Assembly: GCA_943372485.1 (NCBI GenBank)
Contig: CALRYW010000007.1
Span: 4,936 to 68,935 of the forward strand
Source: Bosea thiooxidans
GTDB lineage: Bacteria; Pseudomonadota; Alphaproteobacteria; Rhizobiales; Beijerinckiaceae
Length of the DNA: 64,000 bases
Direction: 5' to 3'
Shown: positions 9,933-18,450 of the stretch, piece after piece
How positions within the stretch are numbered: the first letter of the stretch is position 1
Layout of the letters: each line of letters opens with the position of its first letter
The notes under the pieces: model-generated
The model's database searches: none
Seen by the model: the letters and a program-made list of their open reading frames with translations, nothing else
Told to the model about the DNA's origin: nothing
Translations under genes and position numbers: made by a program

Positions 9933-10823
9933 ATGCAGGATCAGATCTATCTGACGACCGAGGAGGCGGCCGGTTACCTCCGGCTGAAGGAGCGCAAGCT
10001 CTACGACCTCGTCGCCAGCGGTGGGGTGCCCTGCACCAAGGTCAGCGGCAAATGGCTGTTTCCGCGCGCGGCGCTCGACCGCTGGCTCGAGGCAGGGCTC
10101 TCGCGGCCGGAGGGGATGCAGCCTTTGTCCCCGCCGCCGATCATCGGCGGCAGCCAGGATTCGCTGCTCGAGGTGGCGGTGCGCGACTCGGGCTGCGGGC
10201 TGGCCCTGCTGGCCGAAGGCTCACAAGCCGGGCTCGACCGGCTGGTGCGCGGCGAGGTCGCGATCGCGGCCATCCATCTCCATGCCACGCCCGACGATGA
10301 CGAGGCCAATCCGGCGGCCGTGATGGCGGAATCAGGCCTCCATGATGCCGTGGTGATCGGCTTCGCGCGCCGCGAGCAGGGTCTTCTGGTCGCGCCCGGC
10401 AATCCGCTCGGGCTCACGGGGATCGCCGCTGCGGTCGAGCAACAGGCGCGGTTCGCCCGTCGCCAGAAGGGCGCCGGGGCGCAGCTCCTGCTCGAGAGCC
10501 TGATCGCCCGCGAAGCCGTGCCGGCGCAGGCCATGGTGCTGGCCGAGGGCATCTGCGCCACGGGCCAAGATCTCGCGCTCGCGATCCGCACCGGGCGCGC
10601 CGATTGCGGCATCGCGTCGCGGGCGATCGCCAGCGCGTTTGGGCTCGATGTCCTGCCGCTGGTCTGGGAGCATGTCGATCTGGTGATGCGCCGCCGGACC
10701 TATTTCGAGCCGGCCGCGCAGAGCCTGCTGGGCTGGATGCGCGGCACGGCGATGGCCGCCCGGGCGCGCGAGCTCGGCGGCTACGATCTGTCGCGCAGCG
10801 GGGCGGTGCGGCTGAACCGCTGA
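9933..10823 (+). CDS. Excisionase-type HTH (HTH_17) + PBP_like molybdate/tungstate-responsive regulator
   Basis: N-terminal YLTTEEAAGYLRLKERKLYDL...GKWLFPR; C-terminal GSQD, REQGLLV, RQKGAG PBP-like motifs; divergent from tupB. Confidence 0.85.
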   Translation: MQDQIYLTTEEAAGYLRLKERKLYDLVASGGVPCTKVSGKWLFPRAALDRWLEAGLSRPEGMQPLSPPPIIGGSQDSLLEVAVRDSGCGLALLAEGSQAGLDRLVRGEVAIAAIHLHATPDDDEANPAAVMAESGLHDAVVIGFARREQGLLVAPGNPLGLTGIAAAVEQQARFARRQKGAGAQLLLESLIAREAVPAQAMVLAEGICATGQDLALAIRTGRADCGIASRAIASAFGLDVLPLVWEHVDLVMRRRTYFEPAAQSLLGWMRGTAMAARARELGGYDLSRSGAVRLNR

Positions 10824-10832
10824 GAGCGCCCG

Positions 10833-11969
10833 TCAGGTCAGGGCGCCACGTCCCGCGATCGGCCAGAGCGCCTCGACATGGGCGTCCGGCGTGTGCAGGC
10901 CGCGGACACCGACATACCAGTCGTGCAGGTTCACCGTGGGGTCGCAATGGCCCGGGATCAGCAGCAGCCGGTCGCCGCGATGCGGCAGGGCGATCGGATC
11001 GCCCGTCAGCACGCCATGCTCGTCGGAGGGCTTGGTGTAGATCACGCCCTCGCGCCGGAACGGCATCGGCATGCCGGAATCGACCGAGGCTGCCTTGTGG
11101 CCGGCATCGACGACGGCCCGGTCCGGTACCGGCTTGCTCATCACCCCGGTGAGGATGAACAGCGCATGCTCGAAGGTGCGGAAGGGCGTGCCGTCGGCCT
11201 GGCGGTTGCGGGCATAATCGGCGTCCATGAAGATGTAGGAGCCGGCCTGGATCTCGTTCCAGATGCCGGACTGGCTCTCGATCTCGAAGGTGCCGGTGCC
11301 GGCGCCGCCGACCACGGCGCAGGCGAGGCCGGCCTGCTGCAGCCGCTCCACCGTGTTGCGGGTGCCGAGCGCGGCGCGCTCGATCGCCTCGCGGCGCTCG
11401 TCGATGGAGCGCATGTGCTGGGCGGTGCCGTGATAGGCCTGCAGCCCGCCGAAGCGCAGCGTGTTGCTGCGCGCGACCGCCTCCGCCAGCCGCACCGCCG
11501 TCTCGCCGGGCGCGACGCCGCAGCGGCGGCCACCGATATCGATCTCGACGAGCACATCGAGCACGACATCGTGGCGGGCGGCGGCCTCGGCCGCCTCGCG
11601 AATGCCGTCGAGATGATCGACGCAGAGCCCGATCCTGGCCTGGCGCGCGAGTTTCGCCAGCCGGTCGAGCTTGGCGGCGCCGCTGATCTCGTTGCTCACG
11701 AGCACGTCGGTGACGCCGCCCTCGACCAGAACCTCCGCCTCGGAGACCTTCTGGCAGCATTGGCCGACCGCGCCATGGGCGATCTGGCGCAGCGCGATCT
11801 CCGGGCTCTTGTGGGTCTTGGCGTGGGGTCGCAGCCGGACGCCATGTCCCTGCGTATAGGCCGCCATGGTGACGAGGTTGCGCTCGAAGGCGTCGAGATC
11901 GAGGATCAGCGCCGGTGTGTCGATCTCGCCGAAACTCTGGCCGGGCTGGGCCGGCGGGTGCAGGGGCAT
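10833..11969 (-). CDS. DSD1-family PLP-dependent enzyme (D-threonine aldolase / 3-hydroxy-D-aspartate aldolase-like)
   Basis: LRPHAKTHK PLP-Lys motif, GLQAYHG, IQAGSYIFMD, SDEHG, PGHCDPTVNLHD; start trimmed to MPLHPP. Confidence 0.9.
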   Translation of the reverse strand: MPLHPPAQPGQSFGEIDTPALILDLDAFERNLVTMAAYTQGHGVRLRPHAKTHKSPEIALRQIAHGAVGQCCQKVSEAEVLVEGGVTDVLVSNEISGAAKLDRLAKLARQARIGLCVDHLDGIREAAEAAARHDVVLDVLVEIDIGGRRCGVAPGETAVRLAEAVARSNTLRFGGLQAYHGTAQHMRSIDERREAIERAALGTRNTVERLQQAGLACAVVGGAGTGTFEIESQSGIWNEIQAGSYIFMDADYARNRQADGTPFRTFEHALFILTGVMSKPVPDRAVVDAGHKAASVDSGMPMPFRREGVIYTKPSDEHGVLTGDPIALPHRGDRLLLIPGHCDPTVNLHDWYVGVRGLHTPDAHVEALWPIAGRGALT

Positions 11970-12081
11970 GGTCTGTCGCGCTTTCCTGAATCGGTCGCGC
12001 CCATGGGACGCCAGCTTCTTGTCCGGAGCAAGACCCGGCCGGCCGTAGCGCTCGCTCCGGCGCCGTGATAGGTCGCGCGCC

Positions 12082-13902
12082 ATGAAGATTGGCCGCGTCA
12101 CCGACGATACGTTCGCGCTTCTCCTCCGCGTCTGGCGCGAGCAGGTCCAAGCCTATCTGCCGCAGATGGCGATGATCCTCGGCCTCGTCGTGGTGATCGC
12201 GGCGACGACGAGCTTCTACCCGCTGCTGATCAAGGCGGCGTTCGATGCCTTCGCCGACCCGATGACGGCGGAGGCGACCGGTTTCGTGCGGCGCATGGAG
12301 CGACTGGTCTCGAAATCGCTCGGCATCGAGATCGGCGTCGTCAACGCGGTCGCGGTCGTCGTCGTCATCGTCACGGCGGTGAAGGGGTTCTCGCTGCTGG
12401 CCCAGACGGTGATGACCAACAGCGTCGTCAGCCGGATCGAGGCGGACATGCAGACGGCGCTCTATGCGCATCTGATCCGGGCCGATCTCGCCCAGCTCCA
12501 TCGTGAGAACCCGGCCTCGCTGACCCAGCGCTTCACCACCGATTTCACCTTCGTCAAGGAGGCGCTGACCCGGTTGATCAATATCGCGGTGCGCGACGTG
12601 CTGACGGCGATTGCCCTGGTCGGCGCGATGTTCTGGATCGACTGGCAGATGACGCTGGTGGTCATGCTGATCGCGCCGATCGTTGCGCATCCGATCGGCA
12701 AGATCGGCCGGAAACTGCGCCGCATGGCGACCTCCCAGCAGGAGCAGACCGGGCTGATGGCGAGCCTGGTCACCGAAAGCCTTCAGGGCGCGCGCGCCGC
12801 CAAGACCGACACGCTCGAGCCCTATCTCGAGCGGCGGGCGGCGAGCGCCTTTGAGACCATCCGTTCTCTCAAGATGAAGGCCGCCAATGCGCGCGGCCGG
12901 CTCGATCCGCTGCTCGAGGTCGGCGGCGGGCTCGCGGTCGCCGGGGTGCTGGCGGCGATCGGCGTGCGCATCACCGGCGGCGGTTCCACCGTCGGCGACT
13001 TCACCGGCTATGTCTCGGCGCTGCTGCTGGCGGCCCAGCCGATGCGCTCGCTCGGCAACCTCAACGCCATCGTTCAGGAGGCCGGCGCCTCCCTGAAGCG
13101 CTATTACGCCCTGCTCGACGAGAAGCCGCGGATTGTCGACGCCGCCGACGCCAGGCCCCTGGTGGTCGGTACGGGCGAGGTCGCCTTCCGGCAGCTGCGC
13201 TTCCGCTACCGCGACGACCAGCGCGCGCTCGAGGGCATCGATCTCGTCGCCGAGGGCGGCAAGACCACCGCACTCGTCGGGCGCTCGGGCTCGGGCAAGT
13301 CGACCCTGCTGGCCCTGGTGCCGCGGCTCTACGACCCGACGGAGGGACGCGTCGAGATCGATGGGCAGGATCTGCGCGGGCTGACGCTGGCGTCGCTGCG
13401 CTCGCAGATCGGCGTCGTCAGCCAGGATGTCGTGCTGTTCGACGATACGGTGCGCGCCAACATCGCCTTCGGGCGACCGGGCGTCAGTGACGAGGAGATC
13501 GTCGCGGCGGCAAAAGCCGCCGCCGCGCATGATTTCATCCTGGCGATGCCGGAGGGCTACGATTCCGCCGTCGGCGAGCGTGGCCAGAAGCTCTCCGGCG
13601 GCGAGCGCCAGCGTATCGCGATTGCCCGCGCCATCCTCAAGGACGCGCCGATCCTGCTGCTCGACGAGGCGACGAGCGCGCTCGACGCCGAATCGGAGCG
13701 GTTGGTCCAGCAGGCGCTGGCCCGGCTGATGAAGAACCGGACCACGCTCGTCATCGCCCACCGGCTGTCGACGGTCCGCGAAGCGGACCTCATCGTCGTG
13801 ATGGAAGAGGGCAAGATCGTCGAGACCGGCAGCCATGAGGCGCTGCTCGCGCGCGACGGCGCCTATGCGCGGCTGCACCGGCTGCAGGTCATCGCGGACT
13901 GA
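12082..13902 (+). CDS. MsbA-family ABC exporter (TMD-NBD fusion)
   Basis: N-terminal TM helices; GRSGSGKS, LSGGERQRIAIARAILKDAPILLLDEATSALD. Confidence 0.9.
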   Translation: MKIGRVTDDTFALLLRVWREQVQAYLPQMAMILGLVVVIAATTSFYPLLIKAAFDAFADPMTAEATGFVRRMERLVSKSLGIEIGVVNAVAVVVVIVTAVKGFSLLAQTVMTNSVVSRIEADMQTALYAHLIRADLAQLHRENPASLTQRFTTDFTFVKEALTRLINIAVRDVLTAIALVGAMFWIDWQMTLVVMLIAPIVAHPIGKIGRKLRRMATSQQEQTGLMASLVTESLQGARAAKTDTLEPYLERRAASAFETIRSLKMKAANARGRLDPLLEVGGGLAVAGVLAAIGVRITGGGSTVGDFTGYVSALLLAAQPMRSLGNLNAIVQEAGASLKRYYALLDEKPRIVDAADARPLVVGTGEVAFRQLRFRYRDDQRALEGIDLVAEGGKTTALVGRSGSGKSTLLALVPRLYDPTEGRVEIDGQDLRGLTLASLRSQIGVVSQDVVLFDDTVRANIAFGRPGVSDEEIVAAAKAAAAHDFILAMPEGYDSAVGERGQKLSGGERQRIAIARAILKDAPILLLDEATSALDAESERLVQQALARLMKNRTTLVIAHRLSTVREADLIVVMEEGKIVETGSHEALLARDGAYARLHRLQVIAD

Positions 13903-13976
13903 AACCGGCGCAGGCCGCGACGCTGTCGACATGCGGCTGTCATAAAACGCTCATCCGCTGCGCCGAGTCTGGTGCG

Positions 13977-14351
13977 ATGGCTGATTCGATCCACCGTCTC
14001 CACGCCGCCGTGCTCGCGGCCCGTTCCCGCGATCCCGCCCATTCGCGGACGGCCCGGCTCGTCGCCGAGGGCCTGCCCAAGATGGCCAAGAAGCTGGCGG
14101 AAGAGGCGTTCGAGGTCGGTCTCGACGCCGTTCAGGGCGACCGCTCCGGGGCCATCCGCGAGAGTGCCGACCTGATCTACAACCTCGTCGTCCTGTGGAG
14201 CGCCATGGGCATCGCGCCCGAGGATGTCTGGCGCGAGATGGACCGGCGCGAGGCGCTCCACGGCATCGCCGAGAAGCTGCCGAAGAGCCGGGGCAAGCTC
14301 GCTGCGCCCTCCCTGCCGGCCGGGCTGCCGTTGCTGGCGGTGAAGCGCTGA
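13977..14351 (+). CDS. hisE: Stand-alone phosphoribosyl-ATP pyrophosphohydrolase (HisE-like)
   Basis: SRTARL...KMAKKLAEEAFEV...ESADLIYNLVVLW HisE/MazG-fold motif. Confidence 0.75.
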   Translation: MADSIHRLHAAVLAARSRDPAHSRTARLVAEGLPKMAKKLAEEAFEVGLDAVQGDRSGAIRESADLIYNLVVLWSAMGIAPEDVWREMDRREALHGIAEKLPKSRGKLAAPSLPAGLPLLAVKR

Positions 14352-14420
14352 CGGGCGGGGCGTGAACGGCCCGGTCGTGCGGCGGCGGACTCCGCGGGAG
14401 ACGGGTGGAGGACAGGCGAG

Positions 14421-14439
14421 GCGGCAAAACTTTTGCCGC
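14421..14439. terminator. Perfect inverted repeat between hisE and tRNA (terminator or binding site)
   Basis: GCGGCAAAA-C-TTTTGCCGC. Confidence 0.35.
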
Positions 14440-14455
14440 GCCGCGACATTGAGGG

Positions 14456-14484
14456 TTGCCAAGCGCGGGGAGAGCGGCTATTTC
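14456..14484 (+). promoter_or_regulatory. Putative sigma70 promoter of tRNA-Arg
   Basis: TTGCCA-N17-TATTTC, ~40 nt upstream of the tRNA. Confidence 0.45.
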
Positions 14485-14525
14485 GGCCCCCATCGAAGCC
14501 GCGGCGGCACGCCGCGATCCGATAC

Positions 14526-14602
14526 GCGCCCGTAGCTCAGCTGGATAGAGCATCAGACTACGAATCTGAGGGTCAGAGGTTCGAATCCTTTCGGGCGCGC
14601 CA
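14526..14602 (+). tRNA. tRNA-Arg (anticodon ACG), CCA encoded
   Basis: GCGCCCG/CGGGCGC acceptor stem, D arm GCTCAGCTGGATAGAGC, anticodon loop CT-ACG-AA, GTTCGAATC T loop, terminal GCCA. Confidence 0.97.
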
Positions 14603-14629
14603 CTTCGGTACAGATCTGCGAACTCCCTG

Positions 14630-14976
14630 CACGTTGGCCGGGCAGCACCGACGATGTTGCAGGACCGACGTTCCGACAGGCTCATGACGGTCTGCAGATG
14701 CGCGACGGCCCTACTATTTTTTGATAGAAGCTCCCGCATCGCCGCCACGTCCAGCATCTGCTCAGCCAGCAGCTTCTTCAGCTTGCCGTTCTCGTCCTCG
14801 AGCTGCTTAAGGCGCTTGGCTTCGGACACGTCCATCCCGCCGAACTTGGCCTTCCAGTTGTAAAGGGTCGCCTCGGAGACACCGTGCTTGCGCGCCAGAT
14901 CGGCGGTCTTCGCACTGGCCCCATGCTCGCGCAAAATCGCGATGATCTGCTCTTGCGTGAACCGTGTCCGCTTCAT
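14630..14976 (-). pseudogene. IS3 transposase orfA/orfB remnant
   Basis: Complete orfA HTH runs directly into a short orfB fragment and then into the tRNA antisense; the ORF-track 341-aa product is a read-through artefact. Confidence 0.8.
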
Positions 14977-15039
14977 CTGTCCGTCCTTGAAAAGGCCGGA
15001 CTCTAAATCTCCGTGGCGGAAAATCGCAGTGGCAGGTCA
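14630..15039 (-). mobile_element. Truncated IS3-family element (left IR + orfA + first codons of orfB)
   Basis: Left end reads TGACCTGCCACTGCGATTTTCCGCCACGGAGATTTAGAGTCCGG on the minus strand; orfA MKRTRFTQEQIIAIL...HGVSEATLYNWKAKFGGMDVSEAKRLKQLEDEN; A6 slippery site; then AVAHLQTVMSLSERRSC. No DDE domain or right IR. Left boundary approximate. Confidence 0.88.
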
Positions 15040-15069
15040 GGCGCTGTCGATATCGGCGACCTTTAGGTT

Positions 15070-16692
15070 TCACTCGAAGGCGGTGATGACCGCATCGACA
15101 TCCGTGACGACACAGACATTCTGCATCGCGTAATTGACTGACGCCGTGTGCCATTCGGCGTTCATCGTCGAGCAGGCATCCTCCGGCACCAGCATGAAAT
15201 AGCCCTTGTCGGCGCCGCTGCGTGCCGTGTGCTCGATCGACATGTTGGTCCAGGCGCCGGTGACGATGACGACGTCGCGGCCCAGCGCCTTGAGCACGGT
15301 CTCCAGCCTTGTCCCCTCCCAAGCGCTCATGCGGCACTTCTCGACGACATGGTCGCCAGCCTGCGCCTCGAGCCCTGGCACCGGCGCGCAGCCCCAGGTC
15401 CCGCGCACCAGCGCCTTGGCGTCCGCCAGGCCCTCGAACAGCGGTGCGTTCATGGTGACGCCCGGCGCGCCGGGCTCCACCACGAACCAGACATGGATCA
15501 CCGGAATGCCGCGGGCACGCGCCGCTTGGGCCAGACGGCCCGCATTGCCGATCGCGTTCTGCTGCCGGCAGTGCTCCGGCGAACCCGAGGAGGCGAAGGC
15601 GCCGCCCTCCATGATGACGTCGTTCTGCATGTCCTGGATGATCAGCGCGCAGCGGCCCGGATCGAGCCGGTAGCCGGAGGCCGCCTTCTTCGCGCCGCTG
15701 GCGGCGATCGTCGCGGCGGGTTTGACGCCTGAGACCGGCTCGGACGGGGGAGGGCCGCCGCTGCGACTGCGCTCCGGGCCGCCAGCCTTCATATACGGCT
15801 CCATCCGGGGGCCGACCTTGGTCTCGACGGCATAGAGCGAATGCGTCGCGGTCAGGAACAGCGTGCGCCAGTCCGGCCCGCCCCAGGTCAGGTTCCCAAC
15901 GAGCTCGGGCACGCGCAGCTTGCCGATGAGTTCGCCCCTGATGGTGTAGACCCAGACGCCGCCGGGGCCGCAGACCCAGAGATTGCCCTGTGCATCGCAT
16001 TTCATGCCGTCGGGCACGCCGGGCTCGCTGGCCGAGACGATGCCGGAGGCGAAGATGCGCCCCGGTCCGAGCCGCCCATCGCCGAGGATCGGGAAGACGC
16101 GGATGTTGTGCTGCACCGTGTCGTTGACGAAGAGGCGGTCCTCGGTCGGGCAGAAGCACAGGCCGTTGGGCTGGTCGAACAGATAGCGGTCAACCACGAG
16201 CTGCGGTTCGCCGCCGCCCGGCGGAATCCGATACACCCCCTGAAAGCCGAGCTGCCGCGGCCGCTCGACGCCGAAGACCGGCATGCGGCCATACCAGGGA
16301 TCGGAAAAGTAGATCGCCCCATCGGACTTCACCACGACGTCGTTGGGGCTGTTGAGCTCCTGCCCGTCGAAATGCGAGGCCAGCACCTCGCGCCGGCCGT
16401 CCGGCCGCTCGCGGACCAGCGACGACGTCGCGTGCTCGCAGACGATCAGGTTGAGGTCGGCATCATAGGTCATGCCGTTGCATTTGTTCGCCGGCCGCTT
16501 GACGTCGCGCACGCCGCTTCTGTCCCAGCGACGGCGGACGTCGCCAGGCATGTCGGAGAACAGCAGATGCTGTTCGCGCGGATGCCAGACCGGCCCTTCG
16601 CAGAATTCGAAGCCGGTGCCGAGCTGGCGCACCGGCGCCCAGAGATCGATCAGCTCGGCGAAGGCCGGGCGGACGGCGACGTGCGTGGTCAT
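15070..16692 (-). CDS. SMP-30/gluconolactonase domain fused to isochorismatase-like hydrolase domain
   Basis: N-half FCEGPVW, NSPNDVVVKSDGAIYFSDP, PDGMKCD; Pro/Ser/Ala linker; C-half IIQDMQND, VEKCRMSAW, GAWTNMSIEHTAR. Confidence 0.88.
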   Translation of the reverse strand: MTTHVAVRPAFAELIDLWAPVRQLGTGFEFCEGPVWHPREQHLLFSDMPGDVRRRWDRSGVRDVKRPANKCNGMTYDADLNLIVCEHATSSLVRERPDGRREVLASHFDGQELNSPNDVVVKSDGAIYFSDPWYGRMPVFGVERPRQLGFQGVYRIPPGGGEPQLVVDRYLFDQPNGLCFCPTEDRLFVNDTVQHNIRVFPILGDGRLGPGRIFASGIVSASEPGVPDGMKCDAQGNLWVCGPGGVWVYTIRGELIGKLRVPELVGNLTWGGPDWRTLFLTATHSLYAVETKVGPRMEPYMKAGGPERSRSGGPPPSEPVSGVKPAATIAASGAKKAASGYRLDPGRCALIIQDMQNDVIMEGGAFASSGSPEHCRQQNAIGNAGRLAQAARARGIPVIHVWFVVEPGAPGVTMNAPLFEGLADAKALVRGTWGCAPVPGLEAQAGDHVVEKCRMSAWEGTRLETVLKALGRDVVIVTGAWTNMSIEHTARSGADKGYFMLVPEDACSTMNAEWHTASVNYAMQNVCVVTDVDAVITAFE

Positions 16693-16704
16693 GGCGGCAG
16701 GCCC

Positions 16705-17553
16705 TTACGCCGCAAACCAGTTGCGCGGCGGCAGCGACTGCACGACCGGGCCGGGAACCGCCATGTCCATCCGGCCGACGACCTGACCGTGGGCGATCTT
16801 GGCCGGCTTGTCATGGACCGGCAGCAGGAATTTCCCGACCGAGAGCAGCTTCTTGATGGCCGCCTTTTCCTCGCGCTTGGAGACGCCGTGATTGCCGGTG
16901 GTGCGCGGCTCGTTGGCGCTGATCTCGTGGAAGGGCGTGACGATCTGGTCGTTGAAGTCGTAGATCACGTCGCCGCAGATGATGGCGCGCCCCTCGATCG
17001 TGTCGACATGGACATTCATCGAGCCCTCGGTATGGGCGCCGGCCGCTTCCAGATAGCAGCCGGGGAAGAGCTCGATCATCCCGGACAGCTCCAGATCCTC
17101 GAAGCGAAGTGCGTCGCGCGTGTGCAGCCGGTCGATCAGATGCTTGATGTCGGGCGCCGGATACTGCGGATGCATCAGCCCGGAGACGGAGTATTCCAGC
17201 TCACGCCGGTTGACGATCACCGTCGTGTTCATCGGGAAGAGCTCGTCCTTCCCGGCATGATCGATATGGAGATGGGTGTGCATCACGTAGCGCACATCGC
17301 CCATCCGCACGCCGTATTTGGCGAGCTGGTTCTCGATCATGTTCTCGTGGAACTGGAGGCCGCGCATGCCGAGCGTCTCCATGATCTGGTTGTGCCGGTA
17401 GCCGGTGTCGACGACGACTGGCCAGGGGCCGCCGAGGATCAGGAAGCCATAGGTCGGCACGCGCCGCGTGCGGCCGCAGTCGCGGCCGAGGACCAGGAAG
17501 CTCGATTCCAGCTCGATGTCGCCATAGTCGAGGATCTTGATTTCGAGCGCCAT
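16705..17553 (-). CDS. Metallo-beta-lactamase-fold hydrolase, AHL-lactonase (AiiA/AttM)-like family
   Basis: VVVDTG, HTHLHIDHAG (HxHxDH), GAHTEGS, GDVIY, PVHD. Confidence 0.88.
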   Translation of the reverse strand: MALEIKILDYGDIELESSFLVLGRDCGRTRRVPTYGFLILGGPWPVVVDTGYRHNQIMETLGMRGLQFHENMIENQLAKYGVRMGDVRYVMHTHLHIDHAGKDELFPMNTTVIVNRRELEYSVSGLMHPQYPAPDIKHLIDRLHTRDALRFEDLELSGMIELFPGCYLEAAGAHTEGSMNVHVDTIEGRAIICGDVIYDFNDQIVTPFHEISANEPRTTGNHGVSKREEKAAIKKLLSVGKFLLPVHDKPAKIAHGQVVGRMDMAVPGPVVQSLPPRNWFAA

Positions 17554-17565
17554 GGAGGTTCTCCG

Positions 17566-18450
17566 TCAGGGCTGGGCGAGGCGGTAGACCCGCCGCGCGG
17601 TTTGGCTGAAGACAGCGTCCACCGCGCCTTCAGGCACGGCGGCGCGATGGGCGCCGATCAGCTCGGGATAGCTCGTCCAGAGCTTCTCGATCGGGAAGTT
17701 GGAGCCGAACAGACAGCGCTCGGCCCCGAACAGCGCGAGCGTGTCCGTCACGACGAAGGTGATCTGCGCGGGATCGTTGCGGCGCTGGAACGTGCCGAGT
17801 CCCGAGAGCTTGCTGACGATGTTGGGCTGGTCGGCGAGCGACCGCATCCCTTCCCGCCAGTGCGCGATGCCGCCCGTCGACAGGTCCTCCAGCATGCCGG
17901 CGTGCTGGAGCACGAAGGTCACCTCGGGACAGGCCGCGGCGAGTTCAGCCGCGCCCGCCATCTGCGGGGCGAAGACCTGCAGGTCGAAGCTGAAGCCGTA
18001 ACCGGCCAGCCGGCCGATATTGGCCTGCAAGAGCGGGTCGCGGCAGAGATCGGCGCCGCCTGCGAAGCGATAGAGCGGGTTCGCGTGCCAGTGCAGCTGC
18101 ATGCGCACGCCGCGCACCCGCGGGTTCTGCGCCAGCGCGTCGAGCTGCGGCCGGACGTCTTCTGCGAGCATGTCGGCATAGGCGACGATGGCGATTGGGA
18201 AGCCGGAGTCGTCGGAGGCCTGCGAGACGAAGGCGACCTCGTCGAGATGGCGCGCCGGCGCCCAATTCGCCTGGACATAGACGGCCTGCGTCACGCCGCA
18301 GGGGCGGCACTCCGCCAGGTACTCCGCAACCGGATAGTCGCGCCGGATCGGCTCATAGGGGCCGAAGATGCGCGGTTGCATCGGGCCCAGCAGCCAGGGC
18401 AGATCGGCTTGGCGCCAGATATGGAAATGCGAGTCGATGATGCCGGTCAT
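17566..18450 (-). CDS. Amidohydrolase_2-family hydrolase (LigI / L-fuconolactonase-like)
   Basis: IDSHFHIW, VLQHAG, SKLSG, LFGSNFP. Confidence 0.85.
   Translation of the reverse strand: MTGIIDSHFHIWRQADLPWLLGPMQPRIFGPYEPIRRDYPVAEYLAECRPCGVTQAVYVQANWAPARHLDEVAFVSQASDDSGFPIAIVAYADMLAEDVRPQLDALAQNPRVRGVRMQLHWHANPLYRFAGGADLCRDPLLQANIGRLAGYGFSFDLQVFAPQMAGAAELAAACPEVTFVLQHAGMLEDLSTGGIAHWREGMRSLADQPNIVSKLSGLGTFQRRNDPAQITFVVTDTLALFGAERCLFGSNFPIEKLWTSYPELIGAHRAAVPEGAVDAVFSQTARRVYRLAQP

Noticed and set aside
10414-13932. 1172-aa minus-strand ORF and other long antisense or alternate-frame ORFs (e.g. 15841-18570, 26463-28598, 29772-31763, 48653-50545)
   Set aside because: They overlap well-supported genes on the opposite strand or frame, are Arg/Gly/Ala-rich without family motifs, and are expected shadows in high-GC DNA.
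16705-17553. Vitamin B6 degradation (4-pyridoxolactonase) as the pathway identity
   Set aside because: Same fold, but no pyridoxine oxidase, pyridoxal dehydrogenase, aminotransferase or MHPC oxygenase genes are present, and close similarity is not evident.
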